Part shown: positions 46,595-54,953 of the stretch, one piece after another
How the letters are laid out: every line of letters begins with the position of its first letter
Numbering within the stretch: the first letter of the stretch is position 1
Source: Candidatus Pacearchaeota archaeon
Lineage (GTDB): Archaea > Nanobdellota > Nanobdellia > Pacearchaeales > GW2011-AR1
Reading direction: 5' to 3'
Assembly (NCBI GenBank): GCA_018304025.1
Contig: JAGVXA010000001.1
Location: 2,431 to 66,430, forward strand
Length of the DNA stretch: 64,000 nucleotides
The notes under the pieces: model-generated
Told to the model about the DNA's origin: nothing
Seen by the model: the letters and a program-made list of their open reading frames with translations, nothing else
Databases searched by the model: none
Made by a program: the position numbers and the translations under genes

Positions 46595-47689
46595 ATGTCA
46601 TTTTATGCAGAAATAATAAAATCAGGCATAGTTTTTAGGAGACCTTTTAGAGCAGCGTCTAATGCTTTTCAGGTTTTTAGATCGGCGCCGAAGGCGGGAA
46701 AACCGTTTATGCTAAAATTTGAAAGCTCTGCTATATGCAATCTTAGATGCAAAATGTGCCCTCTGAGCAACGGGCTATCCAGAAAAACAGGAGTGCTGGC
46801 TTTTAAAAATTTTAAAAAAGTTTATGATGAATTAACTCCCTGCTACTTGAATCTTACGGGAATTGGAGAGCCTTTATTGAATCCGGAAATTTTCAAGATT
46901 ATTGAATATGCCAGAAAAAAAGGGAGCTTGGTCAAGATGGATACAAACGCCACGCTTTTAACTGATGAAAAAATAAAAAAACTAATAGACGCGGATCCGA
47001 CATTTCTTTCGGTTTCACTAGACGGCATAACCAAGGAAAGCTACAATTCAATCAGAAGAGGCGCTAACTTTGACGACGTTATCCAGAATTTAAAAAAATT
47101 AGTCAAATACAGAAACAAAGTGAACAGCAAAACGAAGATACACTTATTTTTGGTTCTGCAGAAAGATAATGTCTTGGACTTGCCCGAGTTTATACGATTT
47201 GGAGACAAACTTGGAATTGATGCTGTAAACAGCACTATTGTAACTCCCCTTGGAAAAAATAAAAATTTGGGTAGCTTGAAAATAAAAGAAGAAGACAAAA
47301 AAAGAATAAAGGAAGAGATAGACAAATTAAAAGGAAAAATAAAAATTAGTCTTAATATAGAAAGCGTATACAATTTCTTAACTGGAAAAGTTGAGACGAT
47401 GCAAGACAAAAAATGTTTTTGGCCGTGGTATCAATTTTCTCTTACGTGGGATGGATATGTTACTCCGTGCTGCGTGCTTTGCGACAATGAAATTGTTTTG
47501 GGAAATGCGTTTAAGGAAAATTCTATGAAAGTATGGAACAACCAGAAGATGCAGCAGTTTAGAAAACAGATGATAAGACAAAGAGCGGGATTGTGCTTGA
47601 CTTGCAGTGTTGATGAAAGTTTTATTTATAATAAATTCAAGCCGTTTTATAAAACTCCGTTGATAAATCTTTTGTCTTACAGGAGATAA
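46595..47689 (+). CDS. Radical SAM enzyme with C-terminal SPASM/twitch-like Cys cluster
   Basis: CNLRCKMC cluster. The C-terminal CFWPW...PCCVLC...CLTC provides auxiliary-cluster cysteines. Confidence 0.75.
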   Translation: MSFYAEIIKSGIVFRRPFRAASNAFQVFRSAPKAGKPFMLKFESSAICNLRCKMCPLSNGLSRKTGVLAFKNFKKVYDELTPCYLNLTGIGEPLLNPEIFKIIEYARKKGSLVKMDTNATLLTDEKIKKLIDADPTFLSVSLDGITKESYNSIRRGANFDDVIQNLKKLVKYRNKVNSKTKIHLFLVLQKDNVLDLPEFIRFGDKLGIDAVNSTIVTPLGKNKNLGSLKIKEEDKKRIKEEIDKLKGKIKISLNIESVYNFLTGKVETMQDKKCFWPWYQFSLTWDGYVTPCCVLCDNEIVLGNAFKENSMKVWNNQKMQQFRKQMIRQRAGLCLTCSVDESFIYNKFKPFYKTPLINLLSYRR

Positions 47690-47699
47690 AATAAATAAA

Positions 47700-48650
47700 A
47701 TGCACGCTCCTAAAATAACTGTTATTGCATGCACTTACAACAACGCTGATATGGTGCGAAAATGTCTTGATTCTATATTGAAACAAACTTACAAAAATTT
47801 TGAAGTTTTGTGCATGGAGGGCATGAGCAAGGATAATACTCCTGAAGTTGTTAGAGAGTTTGAGAAAAAAGACAAAAGAGTAAAAGTTTTTCTTAATAAA
47901 ACTGGAACTGTGGAGGGAAGAGGAAAAGCAAAATGGAGAGGTTTTAGGATGGCGGATGGAGAAATTGTCGGAGTTATTGACTCGGATAATATTCTACAAG
48001 ATGAAAAATTTTTTGAGAAAGTTGTGACGGGATTTAAAAAAGAAAAAAATGTAATTGGTGTTTTGGGCGGGACAGTAAATGACAGAAGAGATTCTTTTGT
48101 TGTACGTTTTGTTTCTTTGCTTGGAACAGATCCTTTTTTTGCTTATCGCTCTTTGGATTTTTTGAGAAATTTTCGTGAAAAAAAAGGAGGAGATTATGAA
48201 ATCTTTTTCAATAAAAGAGACAATATGACTCTTACCGGGGGAAATGTTTTTTTCTATAAGAAAGAAGATATTGAAAGTATCTGCGGTTATGACCAAGATA
48301 TTATCAGCGTGAAAAAAAGCATTGAGCGCGGAAAAGATAAAATCTTGATAGTGAATAATGCAACAAAGCATTATACTGAAAAAAATATGCGGAGATTTGT
48401 CAAGAAGCTATTGCTTGGAAAGATGTATTTTAAGGAAGCTGAAGACAGACTGAATTATTTACCGACGACAAAACTTGAAAGGGATACATTACTGAAAAAT
48501 TTGATATTTAATGTTTTAATTTTACCGAATTTTTATTATGCTTTTAAAATATTTAAAAAATCCAAAGATCCTGTCACATTCTTGTTTCCATTTCTCGCCT
48601 TTGTCACAACTTTCTTCTATGGTTTAATTTTTTTAAGACAAAGAATTTGA
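47700..48650 (+). CDS. GT2 glycosyltransferase
   Basis: ITVIACTYNNADMV, VIDSDN. AGGAGA SD upstream. Confidence 0.7.
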   Translation: MHAPKITVIACTYNNADMVRKCLDSILKQTYKNFEVLCMEGMSKDNTPEVVREFEKKDKRVKVFLNKTGTVEGRGKAKWRGFRMADGEIVGVIDSDNILQDEKFFEKVVTGFKKEKNVIGVLGGTVNDRRDSFVVRFVSLLGTDPFFAYRSLDFLRNFREKKGGDYEIFFNKRDNMTLTGGNVFFYKKEDIESICGYDQDIISVKKSIERGKDKILIVNNATKHYTEKNMRRFVKKLLLGKMYFKEAEDRLNYLPTTKLERDTLLKNLIFNVLILPNFYYAFKIFKKSKDPVTFLFPFLAFVTTFFYGLIFLRQRI

Positions 48651-48736
48651 TTGAACACCTTCTTTGCTTGCAATCGAGTTATTATCTATAATATACTATA
48701 ACAAAGAATAAAAACGGGAAATTGCCTTTTTGAGAA

Positions 48737-50245
48737 ATGGCAAAGAAAGGGTATTTGGCATTTGACTTGGGCGCTGGTTCTGGAAGAGCGATTTTAGGAA
48801 CTCTTGAAGATGGCAGACTTGAATTAGAAGAGGTGCATCGTTTTGAAAATGCTGTTAAGAGCGAAAACGGCGGGCTTTATTGGGACGCTGAAAATTTATT
48901 TGATAATTTAATTGGAGGGCTGAGGAAAGGAGGGGAATTTGCCAGACAGAAAAATATTCGGCTGGCTTCTGTTGGTGTTGACACTTGGGGAGTAGATTAT
49001 GCTTTGATTGGAGAAGACGGCAGATTAGTTTCTCCGCTAAGAAATTACAGAGACAAAAGAAATCCTTCTGCCATGGAAGAAGTTTTGGCGGAAGTCGGAA
49101 AGGAAGAGATTTATTCTATCACGGGAATTCAGTTTATGCCGATAAATACTTTGTATCAACTCAGGGCTCACCAGAAAATAGATCCTGAAGCGATAAAAAG
49201 AACCCGGAGATTTTTTATGATGCCTGACTTGATGCATTATTTTTTATCCGGCAAGGAAACAAATGAAATTACAATCGCTTCAACAAGCCAGATGCTGGAG
49301 GCAAACACGCCGAAGGTCTGGTCTAAAAAATTGATTGGGCTGACGGGCTTGAGAGAAGATGCTTTTGGAGAACTGATTAATCCTGGGACTTATATTGGGA
49401 ATGTTCGGAGAGAAATTGCTGAAAGAGCTGGTATTTCCGGAGACGTGAAAGTGATTGTTCCTGCGAGCCACGATACTGCCGGAGCTGTAATCGCTGCTCC
49501 TGTCACTTCTGATAAAAACTGGTGCTATATTTCCAGCGGAACATGGTCGCTGTTTGGCGCAGAACTGCCGACGCCCAAAGTTGATATTGCTTCTTTTGAA
49601 TCTGGTTTTGCTAACGAAGCAGGAATTAATGGAACTACAAGGATGTTGAAAAATGTTCAGGGAATGTGGTTTTTTCAACAGTGCGGAGCGCATTACGGAA
49701 GAGATAATCCTGGTGAATTATTGGAACAAGCTCAGAAAGCGAGAGAAATAGATTGCGTCATAGATCCTGATTCTCTGAGATTTTCTCAGCACGGAAATAT
49801 GCCCTTGAAAATTCAAAGATTTGCCGAAGACAGCGGGCAGGACATCCCGCTGACAGAAGGAGAAGTTGTAAAAGTGTGCGGACAGAGTTTGGCTGTGGCT
49901 TACAGACATGTGCTGGATAAATTAGAAGGATTGTTGGAAAAAAGATTTGAAACGATTCATATTATCGGAGGAGGAGCTTATAATTATCTGGTTAATCAGA
50001 TGACTGCTGACGCTACCGGCAGAAGAGTTGTTGCCGGGCCGTATGAGGGTTCATCTATTGGAAATGTTTTGACGCAGGCGATGGGCGACGGCAAAATTGA
50101 AAATTTAGAAGAGGCAAGGAGAATTGTCGCCGCGTCTTTTGAAACAAAAGTTTATGAGCCTAAAAAGATAAATGCGAATTGGGAGAATTTATTAGGAAAT
50201 TATTGCACGCTGGTTAGACTAAGAAGAGAATTAGAAAAGTCCTAA
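48737..50245 (+). CDS. FGGY-family sugar kinase, rhamnulokinase-like
   Basis: YLAFDLGAGSGRAILG, GVDTWGVDYAL, ASHDTAGAV, IIGGGAYN. Visibly GC-richer than the neighbouring GT2 gene. Confidence 0.8.
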   Translation: MAKKGYLAFDLGAGSGRAILGTLEDGRLELEEVHRFENAVKSENGGLYWDAENLFDNLIGGLRKGGEFARQKNIRLASVGVDTWGVDYALIGEDGRLVSPLRNYRDKRNPSAMEEVLAEVGKEEIYSITGIQFMPINTLYQLRAHQKIDPEAIKRTRRFFMMPDLMHYFLSGKETNEITIASTSQMLEANTPKVWSKKLIGLTGLREDAFGELINPGTYIGNVRREIAERAGISGDVKVIVPASHDTAGAVIAAPVTSDKNWCYISSGTWSLFGAELPTPKVDIASFESGFANEAGINGTTRMLKNVQGMWFFQQCGAHYGRDNPGELLEQAQKAREIDCVIDPDSLRFSQHGNMPLKIQRFAEDSGQDIPLTEGEVVKVCGQSLAVAYRHVLDKLEGLLEKRFETIHIIGGGAYNYLVNQMTADATGRRVVAGPYEGSSIGNVLTQAMGDGKIENLEEARRIVAASFETKVYEPKKINANWENLLGNYCTLVRLRRELEKS

Positions 50246-50305
50246 TTTTTATGTTGATAAATAAATTATATAAATGTTTAAAACATAGTAAAGACAAGAA
50301 AAAAG

Positions 50306-50845
50306 ATGAGCGAAAAGAGAGAGACAAAGCAAAAGATTCTTGGTCTTGAGGAGTTGGAGAAATTTAGAGAGGAAAATTCGGACAAAAAAATTGTTTTTAC
50401 TGTCGGGTGTTTTGATATTATTCACAAAGGGCATATTTTTTTCCTTAATCAGTGCGCTCAAATAGGGGACTTGCTGGTTGTTGGACTGGCGGCAGATTCT
50501 ACTGTGAAATTGCTGAAGGGTTCGAATAGACCGATTAATTCAGAAGCGAATCGACTTCATCTCATCGCTTCGTTACAAGATGTAGATTACGCGATTCTGC
50601 ATCCAGACATGGTTGCAACTGGAAGACGAGAAGAATATTTGACTACGAAAATAGACTTTAAAGAAATTTTAGAGAAATTAAGGCCGGATTATTTTGCGCT
50701 CGGTTATGACACGGTTTCTGCTGAGAACAAAATAAAAATGTGCAAAGAATTGGGTGTTAATTTACATGTTATTTCTCAAAGCGTTAATGAAGAAGACAAG
50801 CCAATTTCCTCGACGGGAATCATTGAAAAAGCTCGTAAAAATTAA
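50306..50845 (+). CDS. Cytidylyltransferase-family nucleotidyltransferase (TagD/RfaE-II-like)
   Basis: FTVGCFDIIHKGHIFFL (HxGH) and a C-terminal ISSTGI (ISST) motif. Confidence 0.75.
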   Translation: MSEKRETKQKILGLEELEKFREENSDKKIVFTVGCFDIIHKGHIFFLNQCAQIGDLLVVGLAADSTVKLLKGSNRPINSEANRLHLIASLQDVDYAILHPDMVATGRREEYLTTKIDFKEILEKLRPDYFALGYDTVSAENKIKMCKELGVNLHVISQSVNEEDKPISSTGIIEKARKN

Positions 50846-50906
50846 ATGAAACAATTTACAGCTACGAAAAATTTATTAATGCTAAATTCGCCGGAGGTTG
50901 TATCAA

Positions 50907-51413
50907 ATGAAACTTAACTTGGGCTGCGGAGACACGATATTAAAAGGGTTTGTAAACGTAGACATAGTTAAAAGAAAAGACGTGACTGTGTGCAACTTAG
51001 ACAAATTTCCCCTGCCTTGGAAAAATAATTCTGTTGATTATATTTTTTGCTCTCATTTGCTGGAACATCTTAATGACCCGATAAATTTTGTGCTGGAACT
51101 TCACAGGATTTCCAAGCCCGGAGCTGTAATTAATATGATTGTGCCGCATTTTAGCTTCTGCGCGTCTTATGCTGAATTGTCACATAAGAGGCCGGGTGTT
51201 TCTTATCTTGCTTTTGGATATCCTGAATGGAACAAAGAATTTGAAGGCAAATTTAAAGTAACAACCAAGCTTAATTTTACGAGGGTAAATTCTAAATGGT
51301 TGAATCATATTTTTAATCCGATTATAAATCTCTCTCCGATTTTATACGAAAGATTTTTCTGCTATCTTCTTCCGTGCTCGGAAGTTCAATTTAGACTGAA
51401 GGTAATAAAATAA
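50907..51413 (+). CDS. Class I SAM-dependent methyltransferase
   Basis: LNLGCGDTILKGFVNVD. GGAGGT SD 9 nt before ATG 50907. The track start at 50898 is TTG. Confidence 0.7.
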   Translation: MKLNLGCGDTILKGFVNVDIVKRKDVTVCNLDKFPLPWKNNSVDYIFCSHLLEHLNDPINFVLELHRISKPGAVINMIVPHFSFCASYAELSHKRPGVSYLAFGYPEWNKEFEGKFKVTTKLNFTRVNSKWLNHIFNPIINLSPILYERFFCYLLPCSEVQFRLKVIK

Positions 51414-51417
51414 TTGC

Positions 51418-52941
51418 TTAAAATTTTTTGTAGACAATAAAGGCAGGCTGTGTTTTTTGCGCGTCGAAGAAAAATCCGTTTATCGGCTGCCATTTGGTTT
51501 GATTAGATTGTATGTACTCTAAGACATAATCTGGAGAAGGCCTGTATGCGTTGTAAATAAAATAATCTGCGTCGATAGTATTCATGTCGGAAATGTTTTC
51601 TTTGGCGACGTCTTCGAGATATTTTCTTTCTGCGTAATACACTGCGTATGGGCCTGTTCCCCTGCCAAGAAGTGTACTATCTTCGGGAGTGTTTAATTTG
51701 ATCCATTCAAATCCTTTTCTTTCGTAGAGAAAACTCTGCTGTTTATCCTTGATTATGCTATCTGCGTATTTTACTTCTTGGTAGGCGCCGAAAGCTAAAA
51801 CTCCGAGGAGAACAACGAGTGCAATCTGCTTGTTATATTTTTTGACAGATTCGTAAACAAAATCTGCTCCAATGCCTGCGATTGAGACAAAGGTTATGGA
51901 GATTGGCATAAAATACCTGTCCTCTGCTCCTCTTACTGAAAATATGAAGAAGGAGAAAAAGACGATGAACAAGAGAGATGTTAAAAGATGAGCTTTGAGT
52001 TTTTGTTTTTTGGCTATTAAGTCGTAACCTACAAACAATTCAAACAAAGTCATGGCTGCACCGACGATGAAAAAAACGAAGAAGGGAGTTTTTAGAAAAA
52101 CTAGAATAAATTTTAGAAGATTAAATGCGATTGGGGCTCTTGGCTGGCCGGTGTCTTTGCCGTAATATTCTCCGCTTAACAATGCTGGGAAAATATTGCC
52201 TGAATTTGCGTAGTTATATACAAAAAAAATCAGTATTGGCAAAACACCAATCAATCCGGCAATCCAGAATTTTTTATTTTTTAACAAGTCTGTCCGCCAA
52301 GTCAGAAAGAGAAATGCGAGATAGGCGAAAAAGATAACGCCGATTGGATATCTCATAAAAGTTGCGAGGGATAGCAATAAGATTGAGAGTCCGAAATATT
52401 TTGCGTTGAATTCCGGCTGCTGGGACTTGATGAAAAAATAAATGCTGGGGAATACAAAAGCTAATGCTGAATTATCGGCGAGAAGTCTTGCTGTGTAAAA
52501 TAGATTTACCCAGATTGCTGAAAAAATAAATGTTGAGATCAGTGCTATTTTTTTTCCGTATAATTCTTTTGAAATAAGATAGACAAAGAAAACTGCAATT
52601 ATCGACGGTAAAAACTGGAGCAAGAATCTGACTCCGATTTCTCCGAAACCGATTTTAAGGAGCGCTGCCCAGAGGATTGGAAAAAGAAGGGGACGGATAA
52701 AAGTTTCGTGCTGGATGAGATAAGTGTCGCTCCATCTTCCATCGAGTATGAAATTTTTGGCGAGGGAGCCGTATGCTGCTTCGTCCCACCACAATGGCTG
52801 GGATTTCGTCATAACAAAATAATAGATTCGTATTGCGAATGCAAAAATTAAAATTCCGACTAATGCGAGATTGTAGGGATTTTTCAACCAGTTTTGTATT
52901 TTTTCTTTTCTTTCTTTTGTTTTTTTTTCCTCGTCTTCCAT
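51418..52941 (-). CDS. GT-C membrane glycosyltransferase (GT39/ArnT-like), second copy
   Basis: 507 aa. PLWWDEAAYG acidic first-loop motif, ~11 TM helices, small C-terminal soluble domain. Confidence 0.7.
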   Translation of the reverse strand: MEDEEKKTKERKEKIQNWLKNPYNLALVGILIFAFAIRIYYFVMTKSQPLWWDEAAYGSLAKNFILDGRWSDTYLIQHETFIRPLLFPILWAALLKIGFGEIGVRFLLQFLPSIIAVFFVYLISKELYGKKIALISTFIFSAIWVNLFYTARLLADNSALAFVFPSIYFFIKSQQPEFNAKYFGLSILLLSLATFMRYPIGVIFFAYLAFLFLTWRTDLLKNKKFWIAGLIGVLPILIFFVYNYANSGNIFPALLSGEYYGKDTGQPRAPIAFNLLKFILVFLKTPFFVFFIVGAAMTLFELFVGYDLIAKKQKLKAHLLTSLLFIVFFSFFIFSVRGAEDRYFMPISITFVSIAGIGADFVYESVKKYNKQIALVVLLGVLAFGAYQEVKYADSIIKDKQQSFLYERKGFEWIKLNTPEDSTLLGRGTGPYAVYYAERKYLEDVAKENISDMNTIDADYFIYNAYRPSPDYVLEYIQSNQTKWQPINGFFFDAQKTQPAFIVYKKF

Positions 52942-52975
52942 GGCGTATTTAGAAATAAGGGTTTTTTATTAGTTT

Positions 52976-54250
52976 CTATTCGCCCTCGAATTTTACAATC
53001 GAGAAAACAGGCCATCTTGAAAGTTTTTTTCTGCCGTTTAATTCGGGGAGTTCGATGACGAATGCGACTTCCTCGATTCTGCCGCCCAGCCTTTCTACCA
53101 AATTACAAGTGGCTTGCGCTGTACCGCCTGTTGCAATTAAATCGTCGATTACCAAAACGTTTTGCCCCGGAGAGATTGCGTCCTTGTGAATTTCAATTGC
53201 GTCTGTGCCGTATTCCAACTGATATTCTTCTTTTATCGTCGGTGCTGGAAGCTTGCCGGGTTTTCTTACGGGGATGAATCCGACGCCTAATCGCATTGCC
53301 AAGATTCCGCCGATGATGAATCCCCTTGATTCAATACCTGCTATGACGTCGATATTTTTATTTTTGTAGCGATTGCATAATATTTCCGTTACTTTTTCCA
53401 TTCCTTCGGGGTCTTTCAGCAAAGTTGTTATGTCTCTGAACATGACTCCGGGCTTTGGGAAATGCGGAATTGTTCTTATTTTTGATTTGATTATTGCTTC
53501 GTCCTGGTTTGCGATTTTGGGGATGACTGTTATTAATAATTTTTTTACTTTGTCTGCATTTTGGCTGAAGACTTTTAAAATTTCGTCCCAGCTGACTGGC
53601 TCCACGTCGTCAAAAAGGCAGTCGAAATCAGTTGACATTGCGATTGCCGCGTAAGGAATTTGCGCTTCGTTCGCAAGAATTGCTTCGGGCGCGATTGACA
53701 TGTTGATTACATCTGCTCCCCACGCCCTGAACATTTTGGATTCTGCTTTTGTTGAAAATCGCGGGCCTTCGATTGTAATGACTGTTCCTTTTTCGTGAGT
53801 TCTGAAATTTAATTCTTCAGACGCTTTGATTATTGCCTGCCTTAATTCTTCGCTGAACGGAGATGCCATCGGCGTGTGTTTTGGTTCGTTGGGAAACGAG
53901 TCGTAAAAAGTTAATTTGCGGTGCCTTGTGAAATCTATGAATTGGTCGAGTATTACAAAGTCGCCGCGCTCTATTTCTTTTCTCAGACTGCCGCAGGCTG
54001 TTGTTGAAATGATGTGGGTGCATCCCAATGATTTTAGAGTGTAGATGTTTGCCTTGTTGTTTATTTGCGTTGGAGGATACTGGTGCTTGGAGCCGTGCCT
54101 TGCCAAGATAGCTACTTCTGTTCCTTGGATTTTTCCTAATGTTATTTTTGAAGATGGTTTTCCGTAAGGAGTTTCAACTTCTTTTTCTTCGTAGTTTTGG
54201 AGGAGTTTTGGGTCGTCTAGTCCGGAGCCGCCGATGATTCCTATTTTCAT
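52976..54250 (-). CDS. Fusion protein: 5'-methylthioadenosine phosphorylase (N) plus adenine phosphoribosyltransferase (C)
   Basis: A single 424-aa ORF. The N-terminal ~255 aa are MTAP-like (MKIGIIGGSG, TTACGSLRKEIERGDFVILDQFIDFT). The C-terminal ~170 aa are APRT-like (IRTIPHFPKPGVMFRDIT, VLVIDDLIATGGT). Confidence 0.85.
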   Translation of the reverse strand: MKIGIIGGSGLDDPKLLQNYEEKEVETPYGKPSSKITLGKIQGTEVAILARHGSKHQYPPTQINNKANIYTLKSLGCTHIISTTACGSLRKEIERGDFVILDQFIDFTRHRKLTFYDSFPNEPKHTPMASPFSEELRQAIIKASEELNFRTHEKGTVITIEGPRFSTKAESKMFRAWGADVINMSIAPEAILANEAQIPYAAIAMSTDFDCLFDDVEPVSWDEILKVFSQNADKVKKLLITVIPKIANQDEAIIKSKIRTIPHFPKPGVMFRDITTLLKDPEGMEKVTEILCNRYKNKNIDVIAGIESRGFIIGGILAMRLGVGFIPVRKPGKLPAPTIKEEYQLEYGTDAIEIHKDAISPGQNVLVIDDLIATGGTAQATCNLVERLGGRIEEVAFVIELPELNGRKKLSRWPVFSIVKFEGE

Positions 54251-54341
54251 TTTTTTTGGAAAGGGAATTAATTAATAAAGATATATGAGATTTGATTTGA
54301 CGAGGGGGATGTTGCTACTTTTGGAGGGGACAGGGGTTTAG

Positions 54342-54356
54342 AAAGGTTTAAAAAAG
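54342..54356 (+). promoter_or_regulatory. TATA-like box (AAAGGTTTAAAAAAG)
   Basis: Centred 27 nt upstream of ATG 54376. Confidence 0.35.
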
Positions 54357-54375
54357 AAAAGTTTGGGATGGGATT

Positions 54376-54474
54376 ATGAAGAAAAAAATTGAAGAAGAAT
54401 ATAACGAAGATGATTCGGTGAATGCAGAGGAGTTGTTTGATAGTTTGGACGAGGAGATTCTTGAGGAAGATTAG
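54376..54474 (+). CDS. Mini-ORF, 32-aa acidic peptide (MKKKIEEEYNEDDSVNAEELFDSLDEEILEED)
   Basis: Hand-translated. Promoter geometry matches real genes. Shares the ELFDxL motif with 4117-4227. Confidence 0.3.
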   Translation: MKKKIEEEYNEDDSVNAEELFDSLDEEILEED

Positions 54475-54672
54475 TTTATTTGGGAAGAGATTAATTAATA
54501 GAATATAATCCTGATGAGTTGTGATTTTAGTTTTAGATAATTTGATTAATCTAAAAAGAACACATCTATATGGTAAGTGCGTCCGTCAGTCCTATTAACC
54601 GCATCATCGCAAAGCGAGCACGGGGTTCGTCAGGTCGCGTTCCCCTATGGTTTTATTGAGTATTATAGAGCA

Positions 54673-54781
54673 TTTATGTTTTGCGGTTTTTGGGAATTTG
54701 AATTTTGGAGGATTTGATTTGGGGAGAATGGAGATTGTGACGTCGATTGGGGAGTTGAGAGGGGAGTTTGGATAGGGAGAG
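54673..54781 (+). repeat. G-tract repeat unit I
   Basis: Starts TTTATGTTTTGCGGTTT and ends GGGGAGTTTGGATAGGGAGAG. Several GGGG runs on the + strand. Confidence 0.6.
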
Positions 54782-54953
54782 ATTAAATTATTTGAAAAAA
54801 TTAAAATAACTGGGCAATGCCCCATCAACCCATATAAAAGACCTGCACGATTGCAGATAGCATTTTATACAGTCCGTTTTTTGAGTATAAGCACTTTAAC
54901 TATTCTGATAGAATAGCCGTTAATGCTAATGTTATATTTAGCGGGGAGAGGTT

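Noticed and set aside
54565-54650. The GC-rich patch considered as a tRNA fragment (att site) or a C/D box sRNA.
   Set aside because: GGGGTTCGTCAGGTC lacks a complementary T-stem and the T-loop A58. The C-like box is AUGAUGC with a 22-nt D'-C' spacing and no upstream C box. Neither model fits, so I report it only as unexplained.
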